NCBI GenBank assembly: GCA_973895155.1
Contig: OZ316893.1
Coordinates: 2,748,430 to 2,812,429, forward strand
Source: Marsupella aquatica
Lineage: Eukaryota > Plantae > Marchantiophyta
Direction: 5' to 3'
Length of the DNA: 64,000 bases
Made by a program: the position numbers and the translations under genes. Below, piece after piece: positions 50,769-62,474 of the stretch. The notes beneath the pieces are model-generated. The model was not told the origin of the DNA, did not search any database, and worked only from the letters and a program-made list of their open reading frames with translations. Numbering within the stretch: the first letter of the stretch is position 1; each line of letters starts with the position of its first letter.

Positions 50769-51629
50769 ATGGCTAGATTCGGAGGAGTAAAGTTTGAGGT
50801 GGAGAAGTACGATGGTCGTACTGATTACTTGCTGTGGGAGAAGCAAGTGAAGGGTGTTCTTCGGGCCATGGGCTTAGCTCATCTGCTCTCTGCGCGAGAG
50901 CAGTATGATGGAGAGGAGGAGATCTCAGAAAAGCAGTGGAGACAGGAGCAGGTGATTGCTGTTAATGCAGTGATGCTTTATTTGAAGCCGCACATCATCA
51001 AACAGCTGAATGATTATGCGGATTGCGCATCACTGTTCAAGGCTCTAAGAGAGAAGTATTACCGGGAAGATGCGTCAGACCGGCTATACAAGAAGTCTCT
51101 CTTGATGAGCCTCAGGCTCAAGGAAGGGAGCAAGATGCAGGATCACCTGGATGAATTTGACAGTCTAGCGGTGGACCTGTCAAACCTGGGAAAAGGAGTT
51201 GAAGATGAGGATAAGGCCTTGCTTCTACTAAGCTCCTTACCGCCGTCATATCAGGGCTTGAAACAGGTGCTCTTGTATAGAGATCTGAAGTCCATTTCGT
51301 ATAATGAGGTGGTGAGCTCATTACTGTCTGATGATGCTCAGAAGAAGCTGGGTCAATCACAGACAGCATCTTCTTCTGGCACTGCGCTCAATGTGAACAG
51401 GGGAAGAGCAGCGCAGCGCACGAATGGACAGAACAGGTTTAGATCTACATCACGGGGGAGATCTAAATCCAGAGGGAAATCGCAAGAGAGGAAGCCTCTT
51501 GCATGTTGGAATTGTGGCAAGCCTGGCCACATGAAAAAGGATTGTCGAGTAAAGGTCCCTACTGCCTCTGCTAACGCGGCATCGAGCTCGCATGAGGTAG
51601 ATTTACTCGATGATGATGACATATTGTGA
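50769..51629 (+). CDS. gag of copia 3 (open; ends at the conserved UGA)
   Basis: MARFGGVKFEVEKYDG...LLSSLPPSY...CWNCGKPGHMKKDC...DDDIL*. Confidence 0.9.
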   Translation: MARFGGVKFEVEKYDGRTDYLLWEKQVKGVLRAMGLAHLLSAREQYDGEEEISEKQWRQEQVIAVNAVMLYLKPHIIKQLNDYADCASLFKALREKYYREDASDRLYKKSLLMSLRLKEGSKMQDHLDEFDSLAVDLSNLGKGVEDEDKALLLLSSLPPSYQGLKQVLLYRDLKSISYNEVVSSLLSDDAQKKLGQSQTASSSGTALNVNRGRAAQRTNGQNRFRSTSRGRSKSRGKSQERKPLACWNCGKPGHMKKDCRVKVPTASANAASSSHEVDLLDDDDIL

Positions 51630-54600
51630 TGTCAAGGTTATGCTCTCAACGTAGTGTCAAATCCAGGTAGTGATGACTGGATTCTAGATAGTGCATGTAC
51701 TTTTCACATTTGCTCTAGGAGAGATTTTTTCAGTTCTTACACGGTTTCCAACGGGTCAGTGTTGATGGGAAATGGAATCCCATGTCAAGTTGTTGGACTT
51801 GGATCTGTAAGATTTCAGATGTTTGATGGTGCTGTGAGAACGTTGAGGAATGTAAGACATATTCCCAGCATGATGAAAAATCTCATTTCACTTGGAGTTT
51901 TAGAAGCAAATGGCCATCAGTGGAGTTCTGCTAATGGTGTCCTTCAGGTTTCAACTGGTACTAAAGTTGTATTGAAGGGAAAAAGACATTGCAATCTATA
52001 CGTTTTGGAGGGCAGTGTAGTCAATGATGAAGCCAATGCAACCTTATCTCATGAGGAGACGGCCCGGCTGTGGCACTTCTGTTTGGGCCACATGAGTGAA
52101 AAAGGTTTGGTTATTCTTCAGAAGAAAGGATTACTTTCTAATTTGCAGTCTTGTAAGTTAGAATTTTGTGAGCACTGTGTGCTAGGGAAGCAGCACAGGA
52201 AACCCTTCGGAGTTGGAACTCACACCAGCAAGGAGGTACTTGAGTATGTACATAGTGATGTGTGGGGTCCAGCCCCTACTCCCTCACATTCTGGACGGTT
52301 ATACTATGTCACGTTTATAGACGATTACTCAAGGTATGTGTGGATATACTTTCTACACAATAAGTCTGATGTTTTTGCCATTTTTAAGGAGTGGAAAGCC
52401 CAGGTTGAGAATCAGACTGGTAATAAGGTGAGATATCTTCGATCGGATAACGGCGGTGAATACAGTTCCGGGGAATTTGGAACGTATTGTAAGGAGCAAG
52501 GGATTACCCGCCATCTCACAACAAGTTATACTCCTCAGCAGAATGGTGTTTCTGAGAGACTCAACCGAACACTATTGGACCGCTCGAGGAGTATGTTGAG
52601 TCAATCATGCTTACCACATGAGTTTTGGGCTGAAGCTGTTAACACTGCAGCTTATTTGGTAAATTTTTCTCCATCCAGTTCTATTGGATTCAAGACGCCA
52701 TATGAAATGAGGTACGGGCGTCCAACAGATTATTCACATCTGAGGATTTTTGGATGTGATGCTTATGTGCTTACACCTTCCCAGCTTCGATCCAAGCTGG
52801 AGTCCAAGTCGAAGAAGTGCATTTTCCTTGGCTATCAGAAAGGTGTGAAGGGTTATAGGTTATGGGATCCAGTAACCTGTAAGCTAATTGTCAGTAGAGA
52901 TGTGTCCTTTAATGAATCCAGATCATCAAAGGAGGGGGAGAGTTCTCAGGACTCCCATACTGACAAGGGAAAATCCCCCATCCCGGACCGGGTTGAGGGG
53001 GAGATTAGTCATGATGCAGTTCATGACAGGAAAGATGGAGAAGCTCCGAGCTTGGAGCTGGTTCCTGTGATGGAACAAGAGGAGCAAATTGTTGCTGGGG
53101 TACCTCAAATTCAACCAGTAGCAGCAACAGATCAGCCTGAGTCATCTACTAGAAGAACTTCCAGTCGTTCTACTAGAGCTCCTACCAGGTATGGTCAATG
53201 GGCAGACTCATCTAAGCTAGATGATATTGACATTGCACCTGATGAAGATGATATGGCTTTGATCTTGGAAGAAGGAGAGCCTTCTTCGTATAGTGAGGCT
53301 TGTGCTTCAGAGCAGAAGCATGAGTGGAATGCAGCAATGCAGAGGGAGTTGCAATCTTTGAGTGACAACAAGACATGGGAGCTGGTGGAGCTTCCAAGAG
53401 GTTAGCAAGTGGTGGACCATAAGTGGATTTACAAGTTGAAGGACAGTCCTTCAGAGGGTGGAGATAAGATCTACAAGGCAAGGCTTGTTGCCAAGGGGTT
53501 TACTCAGGAGAAAGGAGTCGATTACAATGAGGTCTTTTCACCGGTGGCTAAGTATTCCACAATTCGGATCTTGTGTCAGCTTGTTGTGTTTTTTAATCTG
53601 GTGATGGATCAGATGGATGTTGTTACTGCTTTTCTCTATGGCAACTTGGAAGAGATGATCTTCATGAGACAGCCACTAGACTTTATGAAGAAGGGCCAAG
53701 AGAACTTAGTTTGCAGATTGCTCAAATCCTTGTATGGATTGAAGCAGTCTCCCAGACAGTGGAACAAGCGGTTTGATGATTTCATGCTTGCTCAAGGTTT
53801 TACAAGGATGGTGTATGATCCTTGTGTGTATACGAAATCAGTCAAGAATGATGTATTTGGTTTCATCATTCTGGTGATCTATGTGGATGACATGCTGATT
53901 GTGGCTAAAGATCAATCTGAGGTTGACAGTCTCAAGGCGAAATTGAGTGCTGAATTCAGGATGAAGGATCTTGGTAAGGCCAAGAGGATCTTAGGGATGG
54001 AGATTTTTAGGAACTCTGATACTGGACAGTTGTGCTTGAGTCAAGGCCAGTATGCGAGGAAAGTACTTGCACGATTCAACATGGAGAACTGTAAGCCAGT
54101 GAGTATTCCTTTAGCTTCACATTTTAAGTTATCATCGGCTTTCTCTCCTACGGATGCTGTGGAGAAAGGTTTGATGGCTAAGATTCCTTATGAGAAGGCA
54201 GTAGGCAGTCTGATGTATTTGATGACTTGTACTAGGCTTGACTTAGCCCTAGCGATGGGCAAGGTTAGCAGATTCATGTCAAATCCAGGGAAGGTACATT
54301 GGGAAGCTGTGAAATGGATTCTCAGGTATGTGAAGGGAACACAGGACTATGGATTACTATTTGATAACAGATCAAATAGAACGTTAGTTGGCTATATAGA
54401 TTCTGACTATGGAGGCTGTCTGGATACAAGGAGATCTACAACTGGGTTTGTATACACTCTTGGAGGAGGATGTATCAGTTGGAAATCTACCTTGCAGAAG
54501 TGCATATCTCAGTCTACTACAAAAGCAGAGTATGTTGCAGCAGCAGAAGCTGCAAAGGAAGCAATTTGGTTGGATAAGTTGATTGCGGAGATGGGTTTAG

Positions 54601-54848
54601 AGCATGGAAAAATGACTCTAAACTGTGATAGTCAGAGTGCTCTTCACTTGGCTGCTAACCAGGTGATGGATAGCAGGGTGAAGCACATTGATATCAGGTA
54701 CCATTTTATCAGGCAAGCAGTGTCTGATAAAACTTTTGAGCTAGTCAAGATTGATGGAAAGCTCAATCCCGCTGATGCTTTTACCAAAGTGATTCCTTTG
54801 GAGAGTTTCTCAAGACACCGTGCTACTTTGCAGGTTTTGCAGTTGTAG
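51630..54848 (+). pseudogene. pol of copia 3, in frame with gag; single CAG>TAG stop at 53403-53405
   Basis: PR WILDSAC, HHCC, IN DDE motifs, RT YVDD, RH NPADAFTK all in one frame. Confidence 0.92.
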
Positions 54849-56139
54849 TGCAAGTAGAGTTATTTAGCAATGTGTGACTATTTGTATATGGATTACTCAT
54901 TCCTGTTAGGCTACGGCTTAGTTCTAGTTAACCCTTAGTTAACCCTTGTGGTTTTTAGGGGGAGACCTGGTTTGGTGATTGTCTAGAACTTCCCGTTGAG
55001 GATTCCATATGGTAGCATTTAGTCTAGTCCCCAAGACAAGAGTCAAGGGGGAGTTTGTTAGATATTGCTCTAGTCTTGTGACTCATGAGCTAACTACAGT
55101 TAGGCTAACTCGGGTTAGGACTTAGCTAATGTTAGCGGTAGTGCTATTGTGCATATAGCTAGGGTTGATGCCAGACCCTGGTGGAACTTAGGCTCATTGT
55201 TACGGAGCTAGTTGAGAGATAGGAAGAGCTTGTGCTGTGGATGCTTGGTATGGCCGGTCGGCCTAGAGTGCAGTAAAGCTCTTGTGTGTTCCCGTGGACG
55301 TAGCCTCATGTGGAGGTGAACCACGTATCTCTCTGTGTCGACTCTTGTGCGTTGGATGGTTCATGGGCTTGCCGTTGCGAATGTCGTCTATGCTCAACAG
55401 TTTAATAGCTAAATTCGTTGAGCATAATATGAGATACCTTTAGAGTAAGGCCCCCTAGTTTCACATTGCTTCTTGTTGGCCCCTATCCCAAATTTTGTTT
55501 ATCTAGCTTTGTATCCCTTTATAGTTTGGTTGCATTACCTGGCTTATTATTTTTGTGCACGAGGTTTACCTTTAGTTTTTTCTACAATATATATTTTTGC
55601 CCTACCCATGGCAGGGTATTATTTTATCCTAGCAATTCACCGGCACATTGCACATAGACAATTTGAGTAACCCTGACAATCACAAAAATTCCCAACAACA
55701 ACACATTTGCTAAGGACACACCTTCCACAATGACAGTTTCTGTTCCAACACACTTCCCCAATGACAAGTGACCCGATTGCAACAATTACTTGCCAGGGCA
55801 GTGGAGTATTTGTGGGCTACAATACTATGAGAATGTTTGTTACGGACCCCACTAGAGGTCCCTTCCAAAATTACTGGCACCACAGCGTGCCACGTCAACA
55901 ACAACTGCAACAAACAAGACTCTTCGGTTTTGTGAATCAAACTTATAGTTTTCATTCGTGTTTATGTCAATTTGGGTGTAAATTTTGGGACGCCGTGCCG
56001 TAAAAAGAAAAGTAAAAACATTGGAAATGCAAAGAGCAAGACGGTTAAAACTGTCACAATGTAACCATTTCCAATTTCCAATTTTAAAACTTATATTCAA
56101 AGATTTATAAAAAATATTTTTCATACAATAAATAATGAC

Positions 56140-56804
56140 CCCTGGGCCCCCAACATTATTAATAATGGGTTGGACGTGCGAACGGATGAAGGGTGCAAAA
56201 AATCTGATTTGAGATTAATTTTTATAATTGACTTAGAAATATCAAGGGATGGTTTTATTCAAAGAACCCTTTCTAACTAATATAGGCTTATATAAATGTC
56301 GCCCAAGTTAATATGCTTCAAGAGGTGATGTAATATGGATGTGACACGCGTCACAATAAGATTGGTCCTTGTGGCCACCCTTTATTGGAACATGTGTATA
56401 TGACATATAATTATGCTTGCAACATCTATGATTCAGAGTAGTTTAGGACTTTGGAGCTTTTGAACCCTGACTACCCTGCCTTGTGGTTTAGAAATACCCC
56501 AAAGTTGAAGTTTGGGGTTAAAGGGTCACGAACACAAAAATGTATGTACCCAAAACCCTTCCAAAACACTCCCGTCAGTTTTAGAACCATTTGCACATGA
56601 TGAATTTATAACTTTTCAAGGCTTTCATAAATGGTGTAAAATGTGAAATTATAATATCTCAAAGGGGCAGATTTATTCTCCAAAATTAAGTTTTTAAGAA
56701 TAACAAGAGAAATTTTTATAGGCTTCCAAAAATAATAAGGGGTACTAGGGAGGGGGGTGTACGCACGTATACCTCTTTAGTTTACAAAGGCTGGGGGCCC
56801 AGGG
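56140..56804. mobile_element. 665-bp non-autonomous TIR element with 8-bp TSD
   Basis: TIR ccctgggccccca / tgggggcccaggg; perfect TSD ataatgac (56132-56139, 56805-56812). Confidence 0.88.
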
Positions 56805-59800
56805 ATAATGACTAATAACTAACTTGATAACTTCCTTGTTAAACCGCAACTCCCGGTATGTAAGGACCTCTCGTATTGTATGGCATTAATGCTGGGAAGA
56901 GCACATAGAAACCCAGGATCGGGGAGGAGGAATGGCTGGAATCTTGAAAGTTTATCAAATTTTATACTCAAAACTATTTACTCATTCTCAAAACAAAAAA
57001 TACCCAGTCGTAGATCTCATTGAGATCTTTCTTTTGCACCCTAGATCGCCTTCTAAAATTGATGAATAAGATTTCTAGAGGCATTACAAAATGGACGGCA
57101 AAGATCGTAAAATCAACAAAATCGATGGCTAGGAAGGTTTGGATTTGTTTAATTTTTCATTTGAAAAATATTAACCATTTGCAAAACGGACAGAACCCAT
57201 CCATAGATCTATTTGAGATCTTTCTTTTGAGCCATAGATTGGCCATTATGATGGACGGATGAGATTTCCGAAGATAAGAGATGGAGACGACTCAGATCGA
57301 CTCTTCCCGTCCACGAACTAATTTTAGCCTAAGTTTTGAGGAGCTATTATAGTCCATGGTAAAAATGAATTAATGCATAATTATGATACTCTACAATTAA
57401 AAATGCACCTCAATCCTGAAAGAGGTTTTTTAATCAAGGACGTGGTTAAATAAAAATGACTGTAAGGGCACTTTACGAAACGAGAGGAGGCAGCAATTTG
57501 CAATTTTTCATTTGCATATATCTCAATCTATCCGCCAGAGATTTTAGGTCTTTGGCCAAAGCTCACCGAACAAAATGAGAGGAATTACACCTTCTTAGTT
57601 GGGTTGAGGTGGGTCCCAGACAAAATGTCTACTTGACTGTGTGTCATATTTTCTGGGTCTATTTTTAAAACTCGGATTGTAAGTTGCAAATTTGACAAGA
57701 GTTTACGCTTTTGTTTAGTGGCAAAAATGAGCTAGATTCCACCTCTCTAAAAGTATTGGCCCTAATGTGTCATATTCTCTGGGTCTATTTTTATAACTGG
57801 GTTGGAAGTTGCAAATTTGCAATGAGCATCAGCTCTTGGTTAGTGGCCACTAGATTCCACCTCGCTAAACATTGGCCAAAACTCACCAAGTTTTCTGCAA
57901 TCCAATAGCCAATTCCCACTTGGCCATTGACCCCAATCGAAAGAACTGTCGTACTTCAATCTAGGGAGATCGAACCATCCGAAAATAATATAGTAAGAAT
58001 GTGGTAAGGAATCTCCGAAACATCTACTCCTTGGCACAATCCTAAATTAATCTAGTAAGGAATCTTCGTAGAGTGTACTCTTGGGCACAAGCCATCACTC
58101 GTCACACTGTCGAAAAAGAAAAAAAACATTGAAAATGAAGAAACTGTGCTCATGAGGTCATGAGTATCGATTACAAGAGCAGAAAAGCATCACTCATTCT
58201 CTACAGATGTGTTCATTTATTGCGTTTGGTCAGACTGTGATTCTCAGCCGCAGAGGACGGTCTGGGCGTCAATGGCTTGACTCAGTCGCCGACAGTGTCG
58301 TTCTTCCTGAGTTCCTGCAGGCTCAGAAAGCCGGCTGCCTGCCTGGTGGGCCTCGAGGGCCGAGGTCCACGGTCCACGGTCCTCCACTCCTCCGAAGCAA
58401 TTCGAACTCAGACTCCGTTTTTTCCCTTTTCTTTTTGAGTCGAGCATTAAGTTCTTCAATTATCTCAGACTCCAATTCAACAGCCCAGTTGTAAATGCCG
58501 AAGCCTTGCTGCGAGCGCAGGGCAAGCATGTCTGGCATGGTGCAGGGCGATTATTGTTAATTAATGCATGTGGTGAACCGAGGGTCGAGGGATGACGGGG
58601 TGCCTCCTCCCTGAATTAGAATTTAGCTGATGTCACTCTTTTCCAGTATACGACTGTAATGAAAGTTCCGTCATAGGAGTTTGCAGCATCGGCACACTCG
58701 CCAGTCGCCATTCACATGCATGCATGACGCTTGCCCACAAGTGACCAGTGACCAGTCACCAGTCCACCACCACACCAACCTTTTGGAGAAGAGCAATCAT
58801 CAATCGAGCGAGCTGCTGCTGCCTCTTTCATCCCGGGAGGAGTGCCAAGCATCGAGGGAGGCTCTGTGAATGGCCGTGATCGGTATATTGCGGAACCCAA
58901 AGGAGGGAAAGGGACTCTAAGAAAGGGACTCTAAGACTCTAAGTAGAGATTAGGAGCCCAACCCAGAGCCGGTGACCGATCTAGACTCTCTAGTATAGCT
59001 CCGTCTCCTGTAGCATTCTAGCCTCATCTTTCGATGTGGGTGCCACTTCATTGTAAGTAGCGGTTATCTCCTTTCGTCGCTTTTTCAGATTAATGCAGGT
59101 TTCATTCGTCGAGCAGCTCTATTCGTATTGCGTATCTTCCCTTTCGAAAAATTCCTATTTCCCATGGTAACAGTATTCGATTCGAGATGACGGCCATCCT
59201 CTTCTACTTCAGCTACGGTAGCATACAATTTGGCTTCTGCATCATCTACGCATCTACCAAAGCAACCATTCGAGGCTCGAGAGGGAAGAGGTCATAAGCG
59301 AGGAGCCGACCTGGGGTGGCTATCCCAAATCTGGTATACCCGATCGCCGTCGAGGTCATTGGTTGCATGGTTGAATGATGGAATGATAGCCTTGCAACTA
59401 AACATATATATTGACTGCAGAACAGAGGGATGCAGCACTTCTCGTCGGACTCTGAAACGTATCTATCATTTCACTCTCACTCACTCTCGCTTCAGTGGGC
59501 CGTAGTGTGTAGCATAGTTGCAATGCCAAGGTTGTTTGTTTGCTGAGAAGGTGTCGGCCTTTGCATGTTTGACACCGTGATACAGGCAATAGGATGAATG
59601 ACCTGGTGAGCTCTTTGGATTCAGTCTATTTGGTGCTTCGGACACCAAGTGATAACGATGCACAAAGACTTACCCGACGTGAGAACTAAAGGATTGTCGA
59701 GGGTCCAGGCCTGCTCAGTGTGGCCGGCTATTGGCACATTTCACTAGTCTCAGGAATGTTGTGCTCAACGACTTCTAGCGTCAGTTGCCCATCTTGCTTT

Positions 59801-59939
59801 CGGCCAGTGTGTGCAGCTGGGAGGTACGACGACGTGCATTTGGGGTAGCAGAAGAAGCAGCAATGGAAAGAGGGATTTCTGTGACGACGTTCTGTTAACG
59901 AAGTAGAAAACAAAGAAACTGGGTAACGACTTGGTGAGG

Positions 59940-60716
59940 ATGTCGAAGTCAGCAACACAGCAGGGGATGGATACAGAAGTAGGAGAGAAAGAGTCGGTAG
60001 CTGTTGTAGAACAGGCGAGAGTGAATTCCGAAGCTGATGAGAGTTTTACCAAGATCGACTCCCCAGATGGTGTGGTTCTTTCACGCAGTGAGAGGAGGGG
60101 GCGAACCAGGGCAGTCCGTCGAGCTTTAGTCCGCTATCTGAGAAAAATGTCCCCAGTCCAAATGCTTAAGAAAATGCGGGATTGTTATGTTGGTACTCTC
60201 GGGAGCTGCGCTCACAATTACGTCTCTGGTTACACTCCCTACGGTGTGGGTGTTATTAGCAGCCACGCTTCACCCATACCTCCGAGGTTGAGCATGTCCG
60301 TGCATGATCGTGGGGATCTTTATGGTTCCGAGTTTTGTCTGAGTCCAGCTTTCAGGAAGTCGTTCAATGAGTCGCTCCTCGAATTGAAGAGCTCGGGAGA
60401 TTTTCTAGATTCCGATCGTGGGGCTATTGCATTTAGGAAGTCATTTTCCGATTTCGAGAGTTCAATGAGCCCGAAAATGCGGAGAACATATAGCGATGCA
60501 GCAGCTCTTTACTCGAGGCCGCGTCTAAGTGCTGGACAGTATCGGCGGTCCCCTGGCTGGGCTCCAAGCGGTGCGTTGGGAGGGCAGGCTCTGATGATAT
60601 TTCCTATCCAAGAAGCTCCGGAGCTCATACTTGCATCGTTTCGCAAAGAAGCTCAAGAGCTGCGTCTGAAATCGTTTCGAAAGGAGGCTGCGGAATCAGG
60701 GCTCTCACATATTTGA
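59940..60716 (+). CDS. Intronless uncharacterised plant-type protein (~258 aa)
   Basis: Long open frame in non-repetitive DNA; SPVQMLKKMRDCYVGTLGSCA and repeated RKSF/RTYS motifs resemble, from memory, small plant-specific proteins with an SP..L.K.RD.YV motif. Confidence 0.7.
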   Translation: MSKSATQQGMDTEVGEKESVAVVEQARVNSEADESFTKIDSPDGVVLSRSERRGRTRAVRRALVRYLRKMSPVQMLKKMRDCYVGTLGSCAHNYVSGYTPYGVGVISSHASPIPPRLSMSVHDRGDLYGSEFCLSPAFRKSFNESLLELKSSGDFLDSDRGAIAFRKSFSDFESSMSPKMRRTYSDAAALYSRPRLSAGQYRRSPGWAPSGALGGQALMIFPIQEAPELILASFRKEAQELRLKSFRKEAAESGLSHI

Positions 60717-62474
60717 GATAGGGATCTGCTTGTGGTCACGGAAGAGGGCAACCCAGCACTACCGAAGTTCCGAGTGAAGGAGAGCTTCGAAGCTTCTCAT
60801 GCCTCGACGGAGGTGCCTTTAGCCGTGAAGTTATAGATTGTTTGTTATGCGGAGTCTTCAGTCCTTATCACGCGATCATCCGAAGGAATGCGAGACACGT
60901 GTACAGTCTGCAAAGTTGCACGGCCTTGGACATAATATACTTCACATGTCTAGCAAGCTTCTCCCAGGTCTTTACCGAGATTGATATTAACAAGGTAACA
61001 CTTGCATGCACTGAGCTTACGATCTTCAAAACGCTGTGTACCCGGCATGAGCATTGAGGCTATCGCACTCTCTGAAAACTTAAGGATGAGCTCATAATGC
61101 TATGTGGCAGATTTCATGGGCTCGAACCTTCTGCGGTCAAAGGCTGCAATTAAATCTCTCATTGCTCTGGTCAGTGCTGCTGGACCGCACTCTTGAGCTG
61201 ACGAGTACCAGTTACTCGGGGAACTACCTGGATGCGTACCGTGTTGAGCCATATTGCTGCTTGTCAGCTACGTATGAGGTGAAGTGTTTTGTTCAACCCC
61301 TCGGTAACGCAAGAACGCAATCCAGCTCAAAGGGACGAAAGGTGCGACGGACGAGGTCAGGCAGGTGGAGGACCAGAATGCGCTCTCTACTGCCAACGGT
61401 GCCGTCAGTCAGGTGTATGCACTTCAAAAACAGGGCCTCCTGACCTGCGATGTCAGTGCGACAACGAGGATATGCGTCTTACGAAAGCTTTGCCGATGAA
61501 TTGATTTCTGATCGAGCTTCATTGCTATTTAGGCCAAAGATCTCTTGCCCGAATTGATACAAGCCGGGCAATGGACAGAGTGGGAGGAGTCTCCATTAAT
61601 GTTTATGAACTCCGGTGGCCAAGGATTCGGCTATTTAGTCATTTGTCAGTGCACAAGTAGCCAATTAGCCGTATTGACAAGGAGCTTCGTCCATAGTCTG
61701 TCGCTTGTTTAATTTCCATGGGGAGGGACGGAAGTTAAGCTCAGCTTTCGCCAGTTTTGAAGATGACTAAACCCTCTCGACCGGCTTTCCGTCGTCAGAA
61801 CCGCCGCACTCGGCACTCGGCACTCGGCCTAATAGGGATTTAAAAACGGTCTTCATCCAGTTAGTTTCAGCAGCTTCGAATCTTCCATTATTTTCCTTTT
61901 TAACTGTCGAATTGTCAATCTAGCTTGTTTCTTTCTTCGGTGGAGGTTCCCTTGCTCCGTGGTATCTGAGAAAGAAAGGATCTTTCTTGGAGTGCTCCTG
62001 TGCTGTTTTTACGTCCAAATTGAGCATCAACACACTACTGAGCATCAACACACATAAAGGCTTTTGACGGTACACCAACAACTGGACGACGTTAAATATA
62101 TGACTTGCAGCAGAAGACAGTGTACATCTGTTCATTGAGATATGGCAGTGCGTTGATTCCTACCGTAGAGCTACGGAGATCAGGTGAGTTGCTTGGCTCA
62201 AGATGATGACAGTAATACCGAGATGCCGAATATGGAATCCAGTACTGTACCAAGACTTTTGAGGTTGTTGTGTTGTACCGGGCTGTCCCACATAATTATC
62301 TGTTCGGTGAGGAACCGTGTCCTTCTCTTTGAAGTGGGGTCTGGTACAGCAAATGGGTACTTTGCCCAATCAGGTGGCCCAGTTTTGAGTTTCAATCCTT
62401 CTCCGAGAAGCTTCCATGTATGATTGTGAACTTCCAGTTTCCTACCTAAAAGAGCGAGATAGAGGGAGCAGTTT

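Larger units (their letters stand above)
49568..55399 (+). mobile_element. Ty1/copia LTR retrotransposon 3, full length, nearly intact
   Basis: 344-bp LTRs 49568-49911 and 55056-55399 (2 differences by eye), TSD gttta, PBS tggtatcagagc 49914-49925, PPT aagggggag. Confidence 0.97.
49337..55458. mobile_element. MITE related to subfamily A, split by copia 3
   Basis: TIR cccggggtcctcac / gtaaggccccctag; perfect 8-bp TSD tttcacat (49329-49336, 55459-55466); internal atcacgtg...tatagg...tttattgg. Confidence 0.8.

Noticed and set aside
57005-57900. Short local duplications (tagatct..ttgagatctttcttttg; tgtgtcatatt.tctgggtctattttta)
   Set aside because: Probably TE remnants, but no termini or TSD were found
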